From: the human T2T-CHM13v2.0 reference genome, Homo sapiens
Length of the DNA: 64,000 nucleotides
Assembly: GCF_009914755.1 (NCBI RefSeq)
Contig: NC_060938.1
Direction: 5' to 3' (one strand)
Shown: in pieces, positions 59,241-64,000 of the stretch
Layout of the letters: the number at the start of each line of letters is the position of its first letter
Numbering within the stretch: the first letter of the stretch is position 1
Position numbers and translations under genes: made by a program
Notes under the pieces: generated by a model
Seen by the model: only the letters and a program-made list of their open reading frames with translations
Databases searched by the model: none
Told to the model about the DNA's origin: nothing

Positions 59241-60894
59241 AAATGTTTCCAAATGAAACTGTTGACTTTTGGAGAACTAAGTCACAGACTGTAAAACCAA
59301 ACCCATTTATTGTTCATCTCAAGGCATGTTAAATAAAGAGGAAAAGACAAAGATATAGTTATAACATTAAAATCTTCATGGCAAATAGTTATAAGAAAAA
59401 AATTACAATTGTAAAATGTATTAATAGACATAAATTACCTGCTTAGATTTACCAGGCCAGAAATGTAAATTAAATAATAGTACACTATTGAAGACCACTC
59501 TGAGTCACTGATTATTAGAAACTTGTTATGATGTCATCATAGGGTTAAAATATTCCTCATCAAAAATGACTCACAGCAAAAATGTTAAATAAAGTGTGTT
59601 AGTGGCACCCCTGTCCACAGTTGCTGGTACTTTTAGTGTATGGCCAATTAGAAAGCTGCTCTTTTGTCCCTCATTTGTAACCAATTTCAACACTCAAATT
59701 CAATATTGAACTCCTAAATATATTGATAAAACATGTGAGAAGATGTTTGACTTGTTTTATTGTAAAACAAGGCTAATATACAGTATGTGAAAGTTTCCAT
59801 AAAATTCTTAAATTATATATTTAAAAGATATTATGAAAATAAAAAATCTTAGCAAACATAGGGAGAATTATAAACTAACATTTATCATACATACCCACCA
59901 CAAGGCTTCAGCAATTCTCATATTTTTTATCTTTCATTTTTAATTATCAACTTCAATTATTCTGGTAATATTTTCAAGTAAGCATATTATGTTGTCAGTT
60001 TGTAGAAATTTGAGTACCTATATCTAAGAAATAAGGAGAAAAATAAAAATAGTACTATAAAATCTAAGTAAATACAAGTATTCTCTAATATTGTACTAAA
60101 GAGTTTCTTGATTTTTTACGTGCAAAACAGTAGAACTTAGCAACCTCCAAGACTTTATAAGAAATAACAATTTAAGACTGATATTTATCCTGGAGACTCA
60201 AAGTGACTATAAATAAATATATCTTTAGTTAATAAAGCTTAAAAATAAAGTATCAGTAAAAACACATTTTGAAGATGGCTGACACCTTTGTTACTAGACA
60301 TGGGCCTTGTGCTGTAAATAACTAGTTTAAAAGTCCATGGAAAAGGGATTTTCAACCAAAAAGTCTATAGAAAACAAAAAATTTTGGTTTTTCTGAACTC
60401 AGGATGTGAGGCCAGCTTTTAAAGCACGGAATTTAAAAAGCCCTCAAGACCCTAAGCTTGATAAGCACGTCACCAGCAGGTCTCATTTTTCAGCTCTGTG
60501 CACCAGGTGGCATGTCTAGCAAAATGTCCCCTCTCATGTCAGGTTTTTTCTATGAACTCAGAATGACCACTGTCCCTTAGTATGCAGCCCTGCAGTGGAC
60601 CCAAAAATGACAATCAATCAGGTCCAGAGTTGCTCATTATGGCCTTTCCAGAATGTAATTATCTAAGGACAATTCTCCCCTTGTAAAATTAAGAAAGTAT
60701 CAGAATATTTGCCTAATTTTTGATAACATCATACTGTGAGCCACAAAAAAAGCAAGAATTTAAAATGTAAGGGATTACCTGGATCCTAGGGCACAGAAAT
60801 ACACCTCAAATAGAATAGTTTCACACACGATTTTATATGTGGACTTCCAGTGTGGAAGAAAAGAATGTGGGGGTCAATAGTAGAGAAGTCTGTA

Positions 60895-61382
60895 TGTAGT
60901 GGAATTTTAAGAAATCAGAGAGGCCGATGGGGTTCAGGAGGGTATTTATTAATTATTTAGGTGCACTGGTCCAGTCGGATTAACATCCAAAGAATGAGTC
61001 CTGAACAAAGAGTTAAGTTACCTTTTAAGCATTTCATGGGTGGGGAGAGATTTGTGCAGGGAGAATCATACTACAGAAGCAAGAAACAAAGACAGTTATT
61101 CAATTGAGACATGCATTACATTATTTCTTACTTTTCAAGGAAAAACCTGTTTTGTGACTTGAATTTATCTGTCTAGTGACCTTGCAGCTTCACAGCTTGG
61201 GAAACAGGGTCTTCACAATCCCTGGGAAAGGAGGAGAGATAAGGATCACTAGCCACAGAAAAACAGGCAGTTAGTTTTTAAAGGACTCCAGCTCTTACTC
61301 TTTCTCAACAGAAGTTGGGTTTTCTTACACACAAGTGAGTTTCTGCTTACACACTCTTTAATCTCTTATAATTCCTGTTCCA
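60895..61382 (-). mobile_element. 3' LTR of a class I ERV (LTR15-like)
   Basis: On - it runs TGGAACAGGAATT...ACTACA, preceded by the purine tract GGGGAGAA (61390-61383). Confidence 0.8.
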
Positions 61383-64000
61383 TTCTCCCCATTGGTGCTT
61401 TTTATAACAGAGGTGTTAATAGAAAGCACCATTATTTGCCAAGTCTTCATGGAGGTGAGCTTTTTCTTCTTCTGGCGGTGGCTGATATCTGGTTAATGCA
61501 TCAACTGTACAGACTGTACAGTAGTGTTTTGGGCTACCATTGCCTCCATAGTTGACTGAATACTCCTAATAAACAGAGACAAAAGGCAAGGGAGGATAAG
61601 GCAGATGCAAAGAATAAGCAAGAACCTACTAATGAGGGTTTAGAATTTTTCAAATGCTGAGAACCATCCTCCAAACAAGGAATCCGGGGACTACCTGGAT
61701 CAAGTCTGAAGTGGAACCTGGGCCAACTTGTGCATTCTAGCTGTAATTTTTATGACCACTAATATTGATTTCTTGGCTATTGATTTCTAGGCAACAGTTG
61801 GTTAAATTCAATTTTCTACATATTCCTCCTTCGGAGGATAAGAGATAATTTAAAGCCAGCCTATTCTGATATATAGCATTTCCTTTTTGTGTTGCTTGTA
61901 TTGCCAATAAATCTAGTGCCCTCGATATTTCATTGGTTATGATTTGAAGGACTGCCTGCAACTTCATGATGCGGCTGAGGATATAGATTATGGTGCAGTA
62001 CCCTCATGACCTGTCTTGCACCTAGGTAGCTGGCCCATAGCATGTCATGATTCTTTCAGGAGGTCATTTATTATCTTTTTAGTCTCCTGTGTCCACATCT
62101 TTTTTGATATTTTTGTTACTTTTGTGATTATGCTTTTTCTAGTTCTTCTTTTATTTTTATTATAAACTGGATATTCTAAGAATTTCCCTTGCTTTAGAGG
62201 AATTAGAAAGAAGGATGGCTTGATTGCTTTTAACAGACACGCCCCTGCCCATTTTGCTGGCAGTTGCCAATATGCCCATGCTCCACAGATCCAATATAGG
62301 CCAGAGGGTGCCTTTCAAGCATTTGAATCATCTACCTGATGCCAAGTGCAGCTTAGAGTAAGGAATCCAGAGAAAGTGTTTGGATCTGGTAAGTAGGAGT
62401 CATTCTGGGCATTTCTTAATAGAGTTTTGTTTTTAGTCTCGTAATAATACTGTTGCCCTAGGCAGGTTGTTTTTCCTACTGCCTCTGTGAAAGCCTTTCC
62501 CCATCGAGTGATACAGTACTTTCCAGTTATGGAGATTTTTAACAATCAAACACTGGCTGAGGCTGTTGGTTCACTGGCAGGGTTAAGCAAAGTGAAGTTA
62601 TCTTGTGGCATTAATTCCTTTGCCTCCCATTGCCACTCATTCTCCATATTAGTTTCTCTACATACATACCATGAAGAAATTTTTAAGCTGCCATCTGTGT
62701 TTTCAGCTAGTTGAGCAAATAAGTTTTTGGTTGATGGGGGAACCTCGGGCACTGGCTGATCAAAATGCTTACAGAATGACTTGGTATTGAGGGGTTGGAT
62801 GCATTTGAGTCCTTATAGTATTTTTGACAATTAGTAGTGGAACTCCAAGACCTGCTCCTTGTCTATCAACTCGTAATAGTGCTGTCTGTCCTGTAGACCA
62901 AAAAGGTAGCTCTGGCTTTAAGATAGTAAAATTTAAAGGATCGCATGTCCTTGTCTTACAATCTGGTTTTTAGGATTATGAACATACGTGGCATGGCAGT
63001 CATCAAAGAAGAAATAGGCCCTTTTTAGAAGGGTGGGATTTCTTTGGTTTGAGCTATAAGCTTTCCTTCTGTTTCTCCCTCTGATTTAATATTTACCTCA
63101 AAATAGAATTAATAGGGTAAGAGCCCAGGCTCATAACATACATATAGCTGATTATTTCCTCAGTCACAGACTGAATAGGTGGTCTGGTTGTATATGCATA
63201 TTCCTAATTTGCTTCCTGTACATTCATAGTAGGTATGGTACAGTAGAGTTTTAACTGTGGTATTTTTTATCCAGGTAATGTGTACACAGCATGGACATCC
63301 TTCAAGAGATTTATCCCCTTTCAGTATAAGCATAAATGGTAACAACATTGTTGTATGTAATAGAAACATGCTTACACTACACATGGGCACAAAAACTTTC
63401 CTCTGGGCATAGACATTTGCAGCATTTGCAGTAATAACATAACAACGGAACAATCAGTATTGACAGAATTGTAACTATGGTTATAAATTGTATTCACATT
63501 TACTTATCTGGACATGGTCCTCTTAGCTTCGGCTGTGTGTACACTAGTCAGCTTCCGGGATGTGACTAGAGCAGAGTTTGAAGAATCCTTAAGCTTCAGC
63601 CATGCTTAGACTGACCAGCCTCCAGTGTGGTCAGAGCAGGGCGGTTGTCCTTTTTACCGGTGGCTGAGATTTGCCATAGGGCTATTCGAGTGGGGCAATC
63701 TGGGTCTTGTTGGCTAATCCACAGGTTGTCATCAGGACTCGCTACTGTCACTGGTTTTAGATGGCTATGGTGAATCCAAGGTGTGGCACCTGCAACTTTA
63801 ACAGCAGTGGGAGTAGACATGATTACAATATGGCGCCTATCGTATATGGGTCCTAGAGTGGTTGAATTCCATTTTTTACCTAAACGAAGTCCCTAGGTTT
63901 GAAAGGGTGTACTGGGTCTGTTAGACTTATAGGCATTTTTTTACATACTTAACCATGCGTTTTAGTATAGCCATACTTAAAGCCTGCATTTGCCTTCTTA
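61383..64000 (-). mobile_element. ERV3/HERV15-like provirus internal region: integrase C-terminus and disrupted env; continues past the window end
   Basis: IN reads MSTPTAVKVAGATPWIHHSHLKP. Env SU reads KTLLYHTYYEC...NQTTYSVCD and KNLFAQLAEN. TM carries the ISD and CX6CC: [27 protein letters not shown]. Multiple stops and frameshifts. Confidence 0.92.

Noticed and set aside
61400-63400. Intact, possibly domesticated env
   Set aside because: It is broken into several short ORFs by stops and frameshifts.

Overview
Primate (most likely human) repeat-rich genomic DNA with the mosaic look of a pericentromeric or acrocentric segmental-duplication region. I find no intact protein-coding gene. Much of the window is L1, Alu, MaLR and ERV sequence: a deleted HERV-S/HERVL18-like provirus and three LTR18-like LTRs, a solo LTR12, and the 3' half of an ERV3/HERV15-like provirus. 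The non-repeat content is a full-length processed CTBP2 pseudogene (8.2-11.1 kb), an OOSP1-like retrocopy (15.7-16.2 kb), a decayed KRAB-B exon, and a CpG island built on a ~139-bp tandem array of paired ZNF143/THAP11 (SBS) motifs that probably drives a minus-strand spliced lncRNA. The most notable feature, largely invisible in the ORF track, is a fossil cluster of intron-containing RalGDS-related (RGL4/Rgr-like) genes. It has three paralogous exon-1 copies on + (ATGs at 27515, 35864, 46899), downstream N-terminal/REM exons, and a back-to-back set of CDC25/RasGEF C-terminal exons on - (24.7-26.2 kb). Family and subfamily names come from my recall of consensus and protein sequences, not from a database search.
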